Origin: Promethearchaeia archaeon
Lineage (GTDB): Archaea; Asgardarchaeota; Lokiarchaeia; Sigyniarchaeales; SOKP01
Direction: 5' to 3'
Assembly (NCBI GenBank): GCA_029856105.1
Contig: JAHQWH010000016.1
Span: forward strand, 1-61,892
Length of the DNA: 61,892 nt
The notes under the pieces are model-generated. The model was not told the origin of the DNA. It did not search any database and worked only from the letters and a program-made list of their open reading frames with translations. Numbering within the stretch: position 1 is the stretch's first letter; every line of letters starts with the position of its first letter. Positions 18,178 to 27,644 of this stretch are shown piece by piece. The position numbers were made by a program, and so were the translations under genes.

Positions 18178-19245
18178 TTAACATTCAATTAAATAATGGT
18201 TCTCATATTTTAAAATTTTATAGCTTTTTTCTGTAAATAGTTTAATTAATTCTAAATTAGTTCGTGTGTGACTCGTAATTTCAAATACTTTTATACTTGA
18301 TGGGGCTTTAGCATAAGCCATTAATGGAATTAATTGATCACTAAGGTATTTATCAACAGGAATGTCGTTTTGAATGTATTTAATCATTTCTTTAGCAGCA
18401 ATATTACCTAATTTTTCTGATGAAAGTCTTTTTTCCCCTAAAATAGTACCTGTTGATACTATTGCTCCGGTGTTCGAATAAGCCCATAAACAAAGGCCAA
18501 CTCCAGGACTCAATGAATTTACCCAAACAACTTTGATGTCTGTCTCTATCCCTAAAGTTTTATTTATTTCCATGTTAATAGATTTCTTAATTCGATTCGC
18601 AATGTTGTTTCCATTACGTTTTAGATGATTTGTCAGGACAATTTCCCCTTTGATTAGATCGACATCCCCTAAATTAGTAAGATTAATAGGTTTAAGGTTA
18701 TTTTTTGGAGGAATTATCGTACAATTAGTCTGAGCTCCTCCCTTAGGATAAAATCCAAACTTTTTAATTTCTATATTAATTGTCAATCCAGATTTTTTAA
18801 ATATTTGATAGATAACATTAGTAAGGTAATTTAAGCTAGGTGCCCATTTACCAAAAGTACCTCCTCCTTCGAGTATAATATTAATTTTATCCTGTTGAAC
18901 TATTCTTAAACACGCAATTTGAATTGGTTGGAGTAATAGACCTATGCTTGCTGCTGTATTGATTTTTACATGTATTTTACTTTTTAAAGATTTAATATTT
19001 GGAATAAAAGTAATTTCTTCAGTTCCAACATTGCAATTGCTTAATTTACTATTGGTTAGATTAGCAAGGGTTTTAAGGCCGAGTAAGTGTTGTAATCTTA
19101 AACCGGGTTTAGGGCGATTGGCACGAATATTTCTTATTCTCAGTGGTTTGTTAAATAGAACGGAATATCCCGCGCTAAGACGTAGGATTGCTCCCCCTCC
19201 TTCTCCAAACGATCCATCAATTTCTAAAAAATCGCTTCCATTCAA
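18178..19245 (-). CDS. rtcA: RNA 3'-terminal phosphate cyclase
   Basis: IDGSFGEGGGAILR, IRANRPKPGL..QH, GFYPKGG, DQL and HTRTN motifs. Confidence 0.95.
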   Translation of the reverse strand: MNGSDFLEIDGSFGEGGGAILRLSAGYSVLFNKPLRIRNIRANRPKPGLRLQHLLGLKTLANLTNSKLSNCNVGTEEITFIPNIKSLKSKIHVKINTAASIGLLLQPIQIACLRIVQQDKINIILEGGGTFGKWAPSLNYLTNVIYQIFKKSGLTINIEIKKFGFYPKGGAQTNCTIIPPKNNLKPINLTNLGDVDLIKGEIVLTNHLKRNGNNIANRIKKSINMEINKTLGIETDIKVVWVNSLSPGVGLCLWAYSNTGAIVSTGTILGEKRLSSEKLGNIAAKEMIKYIQNDIPVDKYLSDQLIPLMAYAKAPSSIKVFEITSHTRTNLELIKLFTEKSYKILKYENHYLIEC

Positions 19246-20396
19246 AATCTATCTCCTTCATATAATGATTTTATACGTTGGATACCACCGTAACCTTCTA
19301 TTAAATTTACGACTTCCTTAGGCACTAATACCGTCCAATTTCTATTTTCTTTGCTTATTAATTTTCTTACATTTGTTGCGTTATATTTTTTCTTAAAAAT
19401 TTCTAATTTCTCTCCTACAATAAACCCCTTATTTTGAAAAAGTTGTCGAACCCAATCGCTATTGGAATATATCGTATCAAAATCGCCTACTATTGAAATA
19501 ACATGGTCCACCCATTTGTTTGCGTTAAAAATATCAGGAATTGCAAATATTTCGAATCTATCTGGGATAATATTTCTCACTTTTAAGGCAGAATTTATGA
19601 AACTTACTCTTTCTTCACTAGTAAAGGGATCTGTTTTAGTTTTAGATAATTGAGAACTTCCTATTCCTATTTTAATTTTTTTATAGCTTTTAAATATTTT
19701 ATTTAGCACATAAATATGACCGTGATGTAATGGTTGAAACCTTCCAATAAATAACGCAGTATTTCTTTTCGAACTTGTTAATTTAGCTTTATTATTGTTG
19801 ACCTTAAATTTTATAACTAAGTCCGTATTAAGTAGTTTTTTCCATATCGTTTTTGTATAATCAATTGTTTTTTCATTCTGTAGGAGTTTTGTCAAATCAG
19901 ATTGAGTGTAGAAACGACTTTCGCTGATTTGTAATTCGTTTGGATTGGGTTTTAGCTGCACATTATTTTTTACTAGTCCTAAAAATACATAGGCAATTTC
20001 AGTTGTATTCTTATTTTCCTTTGTATTTAAATCGTAAAATAATAGTTTGTCAATCGCTATCGGAGGTATACCAAACTCCTCTTCAAGCTCTCTCTTTGCT
20101 TCCTCTTCAATATCTCTCAGAGTTAAATTTCTTTTATATATAACGTGCCCCGAGGCTGAGTCTGTAAAATATTCGGGAAAAGTTTTTTTATTTTTACCGC
20201 GTTTTTGAACAAGGTAGAGTATTTTTTTGTCAGGAGTAATAGAAACTATAAAAACGCGTGTTATTAGATGACTAATTTTCTTTTCGTGAGCCTCTTCCCT
20301 TTCCAAGGGGAAGATGTATTTTGAAATTTGTCCTGAGTGCAAAAATCTAATATTATTCTCCGAGATACATGCCAAGATTTCTTTTTCCATATTCAA
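19242..20396 (-). CDS. fusion of an N-terminal Nudix (IDI-like) domain and a C-terminal NMN adenylyltransferase
   Basis: SGHV..AKRELEEEFGI Nudix box, then IGRFQPLHHGH and DPFTSEER. Confidence 0.85.
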   Translation of the reverse strand: MNMEKEILACISENNIRFLHSGQISKYIFPLEREEAHEKKISHLITRVFIVSITPDKKILYLVQKRGKNKKTFPEYFTDSASGHVIYKRNLTLRDIEEEAKRELEEEFGIPPIAIDKLLFYDLNTKENKNTTEIAYVFLGLVKNNVQLKPNPNELQISESRFYTQSDLTKLLQNEKTIDYTKTIWKKLLNTDLVIKFKVNNNKAKLTSSKRNTALFIGRFQPLHHGHIYVLNKIFKSYKKIKIGIGSSQLSKTKTDPFTSEERVSFINSALKVRNIIPDRFEIFAIPDIFNANKWVDHVISIVGDFDTIYSNSDWVRQLFQNKGFIVGEKLEIFKKKYNATNVRKLISKENRNWTVLVPKEVVNLIEGYGGIQRIKSLYEGDRF

Positions 20397-20404
20397 AGCC
20401 TTTT

Positions 20405-21238
20405 TTAAAAACTAAATAAAATTTCGTCTCCCAATTCAATTCCTATTTCTTTAGCTGCGTTCCCTAGATTTATCGAAACTTCGAGATAACCGGATGAACC
20501 TTTAACGAATAATATTGATTTTGGTGGCACTGATTCAAAATGAGATGTAAATTTCCCACGATATTCTTGATTTTTATATAACATGACAATTTCTTTACCG
20601 TGCTCTAAAACAATTGAAGTTCCCAATATTCTATTTTCTTGTAAGGGGATGTTTGTTGTTAAATTACCAAAAGTGTCTATATATTGAATAATACAAGTTA
20701 TTTTTTTATTTTTCGGAGAAATTTCGTACTTGAAAGGGTATTTCACAAATTTTGACGGATTAAAAGAAGGACCAAAATTATTCAATGGGACATTTTTAGT
20801 AATGTAGGCTCCGATTGGTGCCATTATGTCTCTTCCATGAAATATTTTTGAGATTGGTTTAAAGAAATAATTTTGATTTTCAACGGTTACACATTCAACA
20901 ATATCGTCTGGAGAAAATACATTACTAAATATACCATTATCAGGGCCGACAAAAAATTGATTATTAACGTTTTTAATTGCTACAATCTTTCGGGAACTAC
21001 CTACTCCCGGATCGACTACAACGATAAAAACAGTATCTTCAGGATAATATTTATGCGTTGTTTTAACAATATAGGAGGTTTCTATAATTGAGAATGGAGC
21101 GATATTATGAGAAATATCAATAATTTTTACTTTAGGATTAATTTTTAAGATTACTCCTTTCATACTAGCTACATAATGGTGCCCTTTCGCTCCAAAATCT
21201 GTAACTAATCCAATAATCTTTTTATCCAATTTTACCAT
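20405..21238 (-). CDS. SAM hydroxide adenosyltransferase (chlorinase/fluorinase family)
   Basis: TDFG, VVDPGVGS, GPDNG, FHGRDI and IDTFGN motifs. Confidence 0.92.
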   Translation of the reverse strand: MVKLDKKIIGLVTDFGAKGHHYVASMKGVILKINPKVKIIDISHNIAPFSIIETSYIVKTTHKYYPEDTVFIVVVDPGVGSSRKIVAIKNVNNQFFVGPDNGIFSNVFSPDDIVECVTVENQNYFFKPISKIFHGRDIMAPIGAYITKNVPLNNFGPSFNPSKFVKYPFKYEISPKNKKITCIIQYIDTFGNLTTNIPLQENRILGTSIVLEHGKEIVMLYKNQEYRGKFTSHFESVPPKSILFVKGSSGYLEVSINLGNAAKEIGIELGDEILFSF

Positions 21239-21273
21239 TTTATAGAAATTTTAGTGAAGAAATTGAAAAACGA

Positions 21274-22179
21274 TTAAATCATTTTTTTTTTATATTCCTC
21301 ATCAACTTTATAAAATTCCTCAAGAGCTTTTGATTTCAAACGATACTCTTCTTCTTTATTAAAATCAACTAATTTCTTAGAAAGTTCGCTAGCTTTTTTA
21401 TAAGAAATATATGCTGAATGAAAATTTTCGTTCCTGAGGAAATTTCTTGCCTCTTGAACAAGTTTATCCCTTGCTTTTGATACATCTGGAACATCTTCCG
21501 AAAAAGAAGCTTTCTCCTTTAAAGATTCAGCAATGTCAATAACATATAATTCTTCAGCAATTTCAGCAGCTCTTTTGAAGAATTTCGCGGCTTTTTCGTA
21601 TTCTAAAACCTTCAAGGCTTCATCCGCCGTATTATAATACTCCGAGACTTTTTCGTGTTCTCCGTCTTCAATTTTTTTTAATAATTCTTGAGCAATTTTT
21701 CTTTCTTGTTTCCCACCACTCAACATAAATTTAGTTATAGTAATAACGCTATCTTTTAAAGCATCTGGTTTTAGGATGTCGATTAATGGTTCGAGGTGTT
21801 CTAAATAAATATCTTTTAAGAGCGGTTCAAATTCTTCTGAACTCATTTTTAATAAGCTTAACCCTAAAACTTCAATTGCTTCGGCCCCTTCCTTAAGAGC
21901 AGATCTGAATTTCTCAGGTTTATCGTTTTCATTTAACAATAATCCAATAATAATCCCAGAAGCCTTTCGAGCTAATTTTCCTTTAAATTTATAAACATAA
22001 GAAAAAATTTGATTTTCTTTTAATTTCAACAAGTTGTACTCGTCTTTAGAATGATCTAAATTAAGCCTTAGAAATAAATCGTTTGTGATTTCAAAATCGG
22101 ATTTAGACTTATGATAGTAACCTAATACGCTGTAATCGGCGTCTAAAGGTAATAATATTACAAAACTTCCTGTTGGCAT
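21274..22179 (-). CDS. hypothetical protein, longin-like N-terminus and helical-repeat C-terminus
   Basis: Beta/alpha N-terminal half; AAKFFKRAAEIA and AYISYKKASELS repeats. Confidence 0.55.
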   Translation of the reverse strand: MPTGSFVILLPLDADYSVLGYYHKSKSDFEITNDLFLRLNLDHSKDEYNLLKLKENQIFSYVYKFKGKLARKASGIIIGLLLNENDKPEKFRSALKEGAEAIEVLGLSLLKMSSEEFEPLLKDIYLEHLEPLIDILKPDALKDSVITITKFMLSGGKQERKIAQELLKKIEDGEHEKVSEYYNTADEALKVLEYEKAAKFFKRAAEIAEELYVIDIAESLKEKASFSEDVPDVSKARDKLVQEARNFLRNENFHSAYISYKKASELSKKLVDFNKEEEYRLKSKALEEFYKVDEEYKKKMI

Positions 22180-22248
22180 TTTTAAAAACTCCTTTTTCTC
22201 TTTGTTGAGGATATAAATAAAGTTTTATCATAAAAAAAACTATATACT

Positions 22249-22689
22249 TTACGGTTCTTTAATGCTAATAATCCTATTAGTTTCTTCTCTTATAGATTGA
22301 ATAACATTTAATAATTGAGCGTAATATAAGTTATTAGAAACCGCTTTAGCAGCTTGTCTTATTATTTCAATAGCTTTCTTTTCTTCTTCAGTTATAGATT
22401 CAATTGATTTTTTTTCATATAGTTCTTTTATCTTAGCGTTAAAATCATCTGAAATCTCTTGCATGTTTTCACTAGATTTCATGCGAAATTGTTTAAGTAC
22501 TTCTACTATAAGTCGGATATTCTCGCTAACAGAAATTGTTTCTTCAGAAAATTTTTGTGACATATTCTGAATGGCGGTGCTCATTTGAGTGATTTGAGCG
22601 ATCGTACCATCTAGCGAAGTTGTAATCTGATTTATTTTAGTAATCATGTCATCCAATAATCTTTCTGTCATTTTTTTATCAACTCTCAA
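22249..22689 (-). CDS. coiled-coil hypothetical protein
   Basis: Heptad-patterned ORF. Confidence 0.75.
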   Translation of the reverse strand: MRVDKKMTERLLDDMITKINQITTSLDGTIAQITQMSTAIQNMSQKFSEETISVSENIRLIVEVLKQFRMKSSENMQEISDDFNAKIKELYEKKSIESITEEEKKAIEIIRQAAKAVSNNLYYAQLLNVIQSIREETNRIISIKEP

Positions 22690-22711
22690 TGATTATATTA
22701 CATTATTTATA

Positions 22712-23116
22712 CTATACATTATTTTGAGATATTTGTTTCATGGATTTTACTGAACTAATTGCTTCAGAAAGAAGTAAATTAACTGTATCTTGGTTAAGTA
22801 CTTCTCCAGACAATTTTGAGAATTCTTCTAAATTTTTTACGAGCGTTGCAAGAGCATCTAATCCTAATCCTTCCTGAATTTTCATCAATTCAAGTTTTGT
22901 AGTCTCTCCAATATCTTTTAAAACGTCAATATGTTTGCCCTTCGTTACTTCAATTTCCTCTGAAAATTCTTTTAACTTTTCATCTAGATTGGAGATTTTT
23001 TGGTCAATATTTTGATTTAACCCGTCTAAAGAAGTTTTCAATCCTTGAATTGCTTTACCAAGTTGGGCTATTCGCCCGTAAATTGAATTCAGAAGGTCAG
23101 TAAGCATTTCGGCCAC
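22712..23116 (-). CDS. coiled-coil hypothetical protein
   Basis: Heptad-patterned ORF, GTG start. Confidence 0.75.
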   Translation of the reverse strand: MAEMLTDLLNSIYGRIAQLGKAIQGLKTSLDGLNQNIDQKISNLDEKLKEFSEEIEVTKGKHIDVLKDIGETTKLELMKIQEGLGLDALATLVKNLEEFSKLSGEVLNQDTVNLLLSEAISSVKSMKQISQNNV

Positions 23117-23293
23117 TAATTTTTACACCCATTTGATTTTTTTTTTTAATATTATGTATAATATCATTTTTTGATTTTATAAATATAACAGAGCACACCA
23201 ATAAAAAAATTTTTATTATTTTGAGCTTTTTGACTTTATAATATAAGGAAAATAAAAAAATTATTTAAAAAAACAGTATATTAATTAAGCACA

Positions 23294-23443
23294 GGGCCAT
23301 TAGCTCAGCCTGGTTAACGGCAATTAGAGCAAGCTTGGCCAACAAGCGCAGGTCTTATAATTGACTCACGATCAGACAAAATTTATAAAATTGATCGTGA
23401 CAGTAGATGCCTGAGAGCCGGGGTTCAAATCCCCGATGGCCCA
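23294..23443 (+). tRNA. tRNA-Ile(TAT) with two non-canonical introns (23317-23343 and 23361-23408)
   Basis: Acceptor GGGCCAT/ATGGCCC, T arm CGGGG-TTCAAAT-CCCCG, spliced anticodon arm CAGGT-CT-TAT-AA-GCCTG, discriminator A. Confidence 0.8.
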
Positions 23444-23476
23444 CTCTTTTCCTTTTTTCAATATCTCAAAAGCAAA

Positions 23477-24332
23477 TTATTTGATATCTCCCGTTGCTTT
23501 CAAACCCTTAATTAACAAAGCAATTAATAATTCTAATCCTCGAATATTATCTTTAGTATGAACTTTAGAATCTGGTGTAAATTTTTCATGATATTTCAAG
23601 GTAATATACTTTAAAGAGGGGTTCTCATTGTACCATTTTAATATTGATTCTTTCGTATCAAAATGAAAAACTTCCATTTTATTTAAAGTTTCAAAAAAAT
23701 CGTCGTCTTTCCATACTCCAAAATGAGCTAAACAAACGGAATTAAACTCGCTTTTTAAACTTCTTAGCTTCTCAAAAGTTTTTAATATTTCAGATTCGAT
23801 AAAATCGGGCGGAACAAACTCGGGGATGGCAGTTTCTGGATCAAATCTATCAATTATTGCGTCTCCAACGAAGATATTTTTGTTTTTACGTTCTAATATT
23901 GCTATAGAATCCTGAGTATGACCAAAAAAGTTCATTATCTCGAGTTTTAAACCGTTAACATCAATTATATCTCCTTCTTTCAATGGAGTAACATTATCTA
24001 TAGGGTTCACATTGTATCCAAAGTCTTTATTTAACTTATCAGGATTTTTCAAGTTATCTATTGCTCTTTCGGAAGCTAATAAATTTTCCTACCCCTTGAA
24101 CATGATCAAAATGAGAATGAGTCAAAATTATTTTATGAATGGGGAACAACCCGAATTCTTTAATTTTTTTTACAAATCTCCTAGCCATTAAATCTGAAGG
24201 AGTATCAATCATTACTCGCATATTTTCATTTTCAATTATATAAATTGCGAGATTTCCATTCATTCTATACAGCTCGGCATCAATTAAATAAGTGTTTTCA
24301 TTAAATTTTCCATCAGAATTGATAAAGACCAT
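23477..24332 (-). pseudogene. metallo-beta-lactamase-fold hydrolase, frameshifted near 24085
   Basis: THSHFDH in the upstream part; GHT, FVGDA and AHFG in the downstream frame, which already reads LLASERAIDNLKNP across the junction. Confidence 0.8.
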
Positions 24333-24472
24333 TTAAGATTCCTCCAATTTACTAAAAATTCATGATCGTATAAATTAAATTTTAGTTAAAAGATAATTTA
24401 AATGTTATATTTTTTGAAAAAGAACAAGACTTACATAAACCAAATAAGTTTTACTAATTATAGAGCCATAGG

Positions 24473-25156
24473 CTATTTATCTAAATTAATAGATATTAAA
24501 TTCAGAACCCACTTTTTAATTTGCATTATATTTTTAAGTAAGCCCGCGACAAAACTATCTGGAAAAGGTTTTTCTTGGTCGAAAGTTTGAACTGTGCTCA
24601 TCCACTTATTTAAAGCTAATTGAACCAAACTGGCTCCTTCTGCCTCCATGAACATAGGTACAACTGCCGCGCTTTCCCGGGCATCTCCAATGGCAAAATA
24701 GACTTTTCGATTAATATCTTTTAACATAACGAAGTTTACGCATTCATCTAGTTTCCTTTCAACTAGAATAGTTTTAAGGATGTCAGTTTTCATTGAACTA
24801 TCTTTCGTTAAAAATTTTTCTTTTCTATTCTTTAGTTTAGGCTGAACACTGGTGATTAATTTATCCCCACTACTTCCTTCAGGGAAGTATTTTGTAATTC
24901 TCAAAGAATTCTCTAGAGTTTCGATCTTTATAAATTTCTTAGTGTTTGAATATAGTATAGCCTGAGAACCGCCTTTACTTTCAGAGGTAGATAGTTTTAT
25001 AAAAATATTTCGCATTGCAACAGTATTACTCGTATGATACGCTAATTCAAATAATTCTCGTAAAGTTACTGGTTCATTGTTTTCTTCGATTTGTTTAAAA
25101 GGCCATTGAGTTGATATGACATTATTAAATTGATTTAAGAGTAAATTTTCTACCAT
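24473..25156 (-). CDS. hypothetical protein
   Basis: 227-aa ORF; no family recognised. Confidence 0.75.
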   Translation of the reverse strand: MVENLLLNQFNNVISTQWPFKQIEENNEPVTLRELFELAYHTSNTVAMRNIFIKLSTSESKGGSQAILYSNTKKFIKIETLENSLRITKYFPEGSSGDKLITSVQPKLKNRKEKFLTKDSSMKTDILKTILVERKLDECVNFVMLKDINRKVYFAIGDARESAAVVPMFMEAEGASLVQLALNKWMSTVQTFDQEKPFPDSFVAGLLKNIMQIKKWVLNLISINLDK

Positions 25157-25301
25157 CGTTAATAACCCTAAATATTTAGTATAATATTGTTCTTCTAGTT
25201 TTTATTATTTAGTATTGAATAATTATTATGTCATCGTAATTTATTATTAAAAGCGGTATTATATCTTTCCTAACTTAAATTGAAATAATATTAGAAAATT
25301 A

Positions 25302-26669
25302 TTATTTTTGAGTTATTTGATCGTAAGCTTTTTCAAACCTCTCAACAGCAGATATAATATCTTCTGATGTTGCCCCAATAGCAGCGTTCAATACGATATA
25401 TGGCGTTATATATTCAGTACTACATGTCCCAAATATGCTTTCTTCGGGATTATATACTCGTGGACCAGTGACTCTTAAGTTATATAAAGCACCTCCTAAA
25501 GCGAATAACTGTTCTTTTTTCAAGTTATTTAAAGATACGGCAACAGCTACTGGATTAAACACATCGAGAATTTTTTCGTTGATTTTTTCGGCAACTCCTT
25601 TTAATTTACTTTCTAGTAATTTTCGATTATGTTGTTGTTCTTTTAAGAGTTTTTGGTACCCTTCTATTCCTAAAGATAACATTGATATAAGAAAGTTCAC
25701 AATTGGAGCCGCAGAAGCACGACCTGCGTAAGCTTGGCTGATTTTGGTTATAATTTCTTCGCTTGGAGATGCGATTATAGCTCCACCAACAGGAGTAAGA
25801 ACATTTTTATCAGTTGATTGAATAATTGCATCCACTTTTCCAGCGTCGATACCAACTCGGATTAATTTCATCCATTCCGGACTTTGTACACCATAGGCGT
25901 TAATAACTATATGAACCAGATCGTTTTTTTTAGCAAACTTGCTAATCTCTTTAATATTGTCGTGTTCTCGAGGAGGAAAAAAGCTTGTTAAAGATATTAC
26001 AGCAAAACAATCACTATCTAAACTAGCTTCAATGTCTTCGATCGGTATTCTAACTGCATCCCCAAAAATTTTCCCTTCAACGGTTTTTATTCTCATTCCC
26101 ATTAAATTAATTGCTTTTATTAGAGATTTGTGGTCAATTTGAGGAACAATTACAGTTCTTTTATTTATTAATTCTTTTTTATTCCAATTAGGTTTGAGAG
26201 CCCCTAGACATAAAGCTAAAGACATACCAGTGCATTGAGGGACGACTATTGCTTTCTTTATGTTTAACATTCCAAATTTTCTAAGGAAATTAAGAGCTAA
26301 ATAATTACTGAGTTCATACATTATAGAACCTCCAGGAGCTTTTGGTTGAGGGGCTGTTAAGAATCCACTTCGTCCTATCCCGTGACAAAATCCACTTGAA
26401 GATTTTAAGTGTAAACTCGATGCAATTCTTGCTTCACGCTCTCCTACTCGAGAAGCTTTATCATCTTTGTCTGTATCCATATTTGAAAGCATTTGAAGCA
26501 AAAATTCGATTTGACCTTCACTCCAAGGCTTTTGAGGGACAATTCTTTGCTCAAAAAGCGTTTTTATTGGTTTTAAGAAATTATTTAAAACTAACTGCCC
26601 TCTATCTAACATATTTTGTGGAATTGATGTGCTCTTAAAATAATCAATAATTTTATTAAAGTCAAACAT
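25302..26669 (-). CDS. spcS: O-phosphoseryl-tRNA(Sec) selenium transferase SepSecS
   Basis: GEREARI, HGIGRSG..APQPKAPG, QSTDKN (PLP lysine) and YAGRAS; directly downstream of tRNA-Sec. Confidence 0.95.
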   Translation of the reverse strand: MFDFNKIIDYFKSTSIPQNMLDRGQLVLNNFLKPIKTLFEQRIVPQKPWSEGQIEFLLQMLSNMDTDKDDKASRVGEREARIASSLHLKSSSGFCHGIGRSGFLTAPQPKAPGGSIMYELSNYLALNFLRKFGMLNIKKAIVVPQCTGMSLALCLGALKPNWNKKELINKRTVIVPQIDHKSLIKAINLMGMRIKTVEGKIFGDAVRIPIEDIEASLDSDCFAVISLTSFFPPREHDNIKEISKFAKKNDLVHIVINAYGVQSPEWMKLIRVGIDAGKVDAIIQSTDKNVLTPVGGAIIASPSEEIITKISQAYAGRASAAPIVNFLISMLSLGIEGYQKLLKEQQHNRKLLESKLKGVAEKINEKILDVFNPVAVAVSLNNLKKEQLFALGGALYNLRVTGPRVYNPEESIFGTCSTEYITPYIVLNAAIGATSEDIISAVERFEKAYDQITQK

Positions 26670-26702
26670 AAACTTCCCTTGAAATTACTTAAATTTTGAG
26701 TT

Positions 26703-26858
26703 TGGCGGCCCCCAGGGGGATTTTCTCGAAAAGAACAAATCTCTTTCCATATCGAACCCCTATCCCTCCGCAGGATAACTGGGTTTGAAGCCCAGCGTCA
26801 GAGACCACTTATCGTATGAGATCGAAATGATCAAATCAAATTCCGACCGCCGGGGGCC
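26703..26858 (-). tRNA. selC: tRNA-Sec(TCA), 9/4 fold, with a 33-nt D-arm intron (26809-26841) and a 30-nt T-loop intron (26721-26750)
   Basis: 9-bp acceptor GGCCCCCGG/CTGGGGGCC, anticodon arm GCTGGG-CT-TCA-AA-CCCAGT, long variable arm, 4-bp T stem, encoded GCCA end. Confidence 0.93.
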
Positions 26859-26942
26859 AAATTATTTATTATAGAGATTTACTGTTAATACTTAATATTT
26901 ATAGATTTAAATGAATTTTATGTTTATTTTAAATTTTCGATA

Positions 26943-27611
26943 TTATCCAATTATTCTATCTTTAATGTCTTCACAATTTATTCGTCGACATCCAGGTGTC
27001 ATTAATCCAAGATTATAGATTATGTCAATATAATTGACTATAATATGAGATGTCGCGCCAAATATGACGTATTTTTTATTTTCTGCGGATCTGTAATTAA
27101 ATTTACCTACTCCAATTAGGTCTCCTTTGAGATCGTAAGTCCTTTCTTTGTAGTTTTTTTTATTCGCAAAAAAAGTTATTGGTATTTTTACAATTTCTTG
27201 TACTTCGTTTTCTTCTTTTACCATTCTTACATCTTTGTCGATATAGGCTACAATAGCGGTAATAATGAATCCTTTAGGTGTAAGATGGTCGTCAATAGCG
27301 CCCAAAACATTGACATTTTTTTTCGAAACTCCTAGTTCTTCTTCGAGTTCTCTTAACGCCGTATCTAAATAAGATTTATCAAGTATTGGGTCGAATTTAC
27401 CTCCGGGAAATGACATTTCTCCCGAATGTTTATCTGTTTTACTTTTGGTTCTTCGAATTAAAACTAAATCATACGGTTTATCCTTGTATTGAAGAATTAG
27501 AAAAACGATGGCAGAATTAGTAAAATGTTCATGCGACATAGCCAAGCGATCTGAAGAGTTAAAGGCTTTCAGCTTCTTTCTAATAAAGGTGTCATCAAAA
27601 ATGAAATTCAT
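26943..27611 (-). CDS. CoA pyrophosphatase (Nudix)
   Basis: HSGEMSFPGGK..TALRELEEELG and IFGAT. Confidence 0.9.
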   Translation of the reverse strand: MNFIFDDTFIRKKLKAFNSSDRLAMSHEHFTNSAIVFLILQYKDKPYDLVLIRRTKSKTDKHSGEMSFPGGKFDPILDKSYLDTALRELEEELGVSKKNVNVLGAIDDHLTPKGFIITAIVAYIDKDVRMVKEENEVQEIVKIPITFFANKKNYKERTYDLKGDLIGVGKFNYRSAENKKYVIFGATSHIIVNYIDIIYNLGLMTPGCRRINCEDIKDRIIG

Positions 27612-27644
27612 AGGTATCAGTATTTTAGATAATGTATTAAATTA

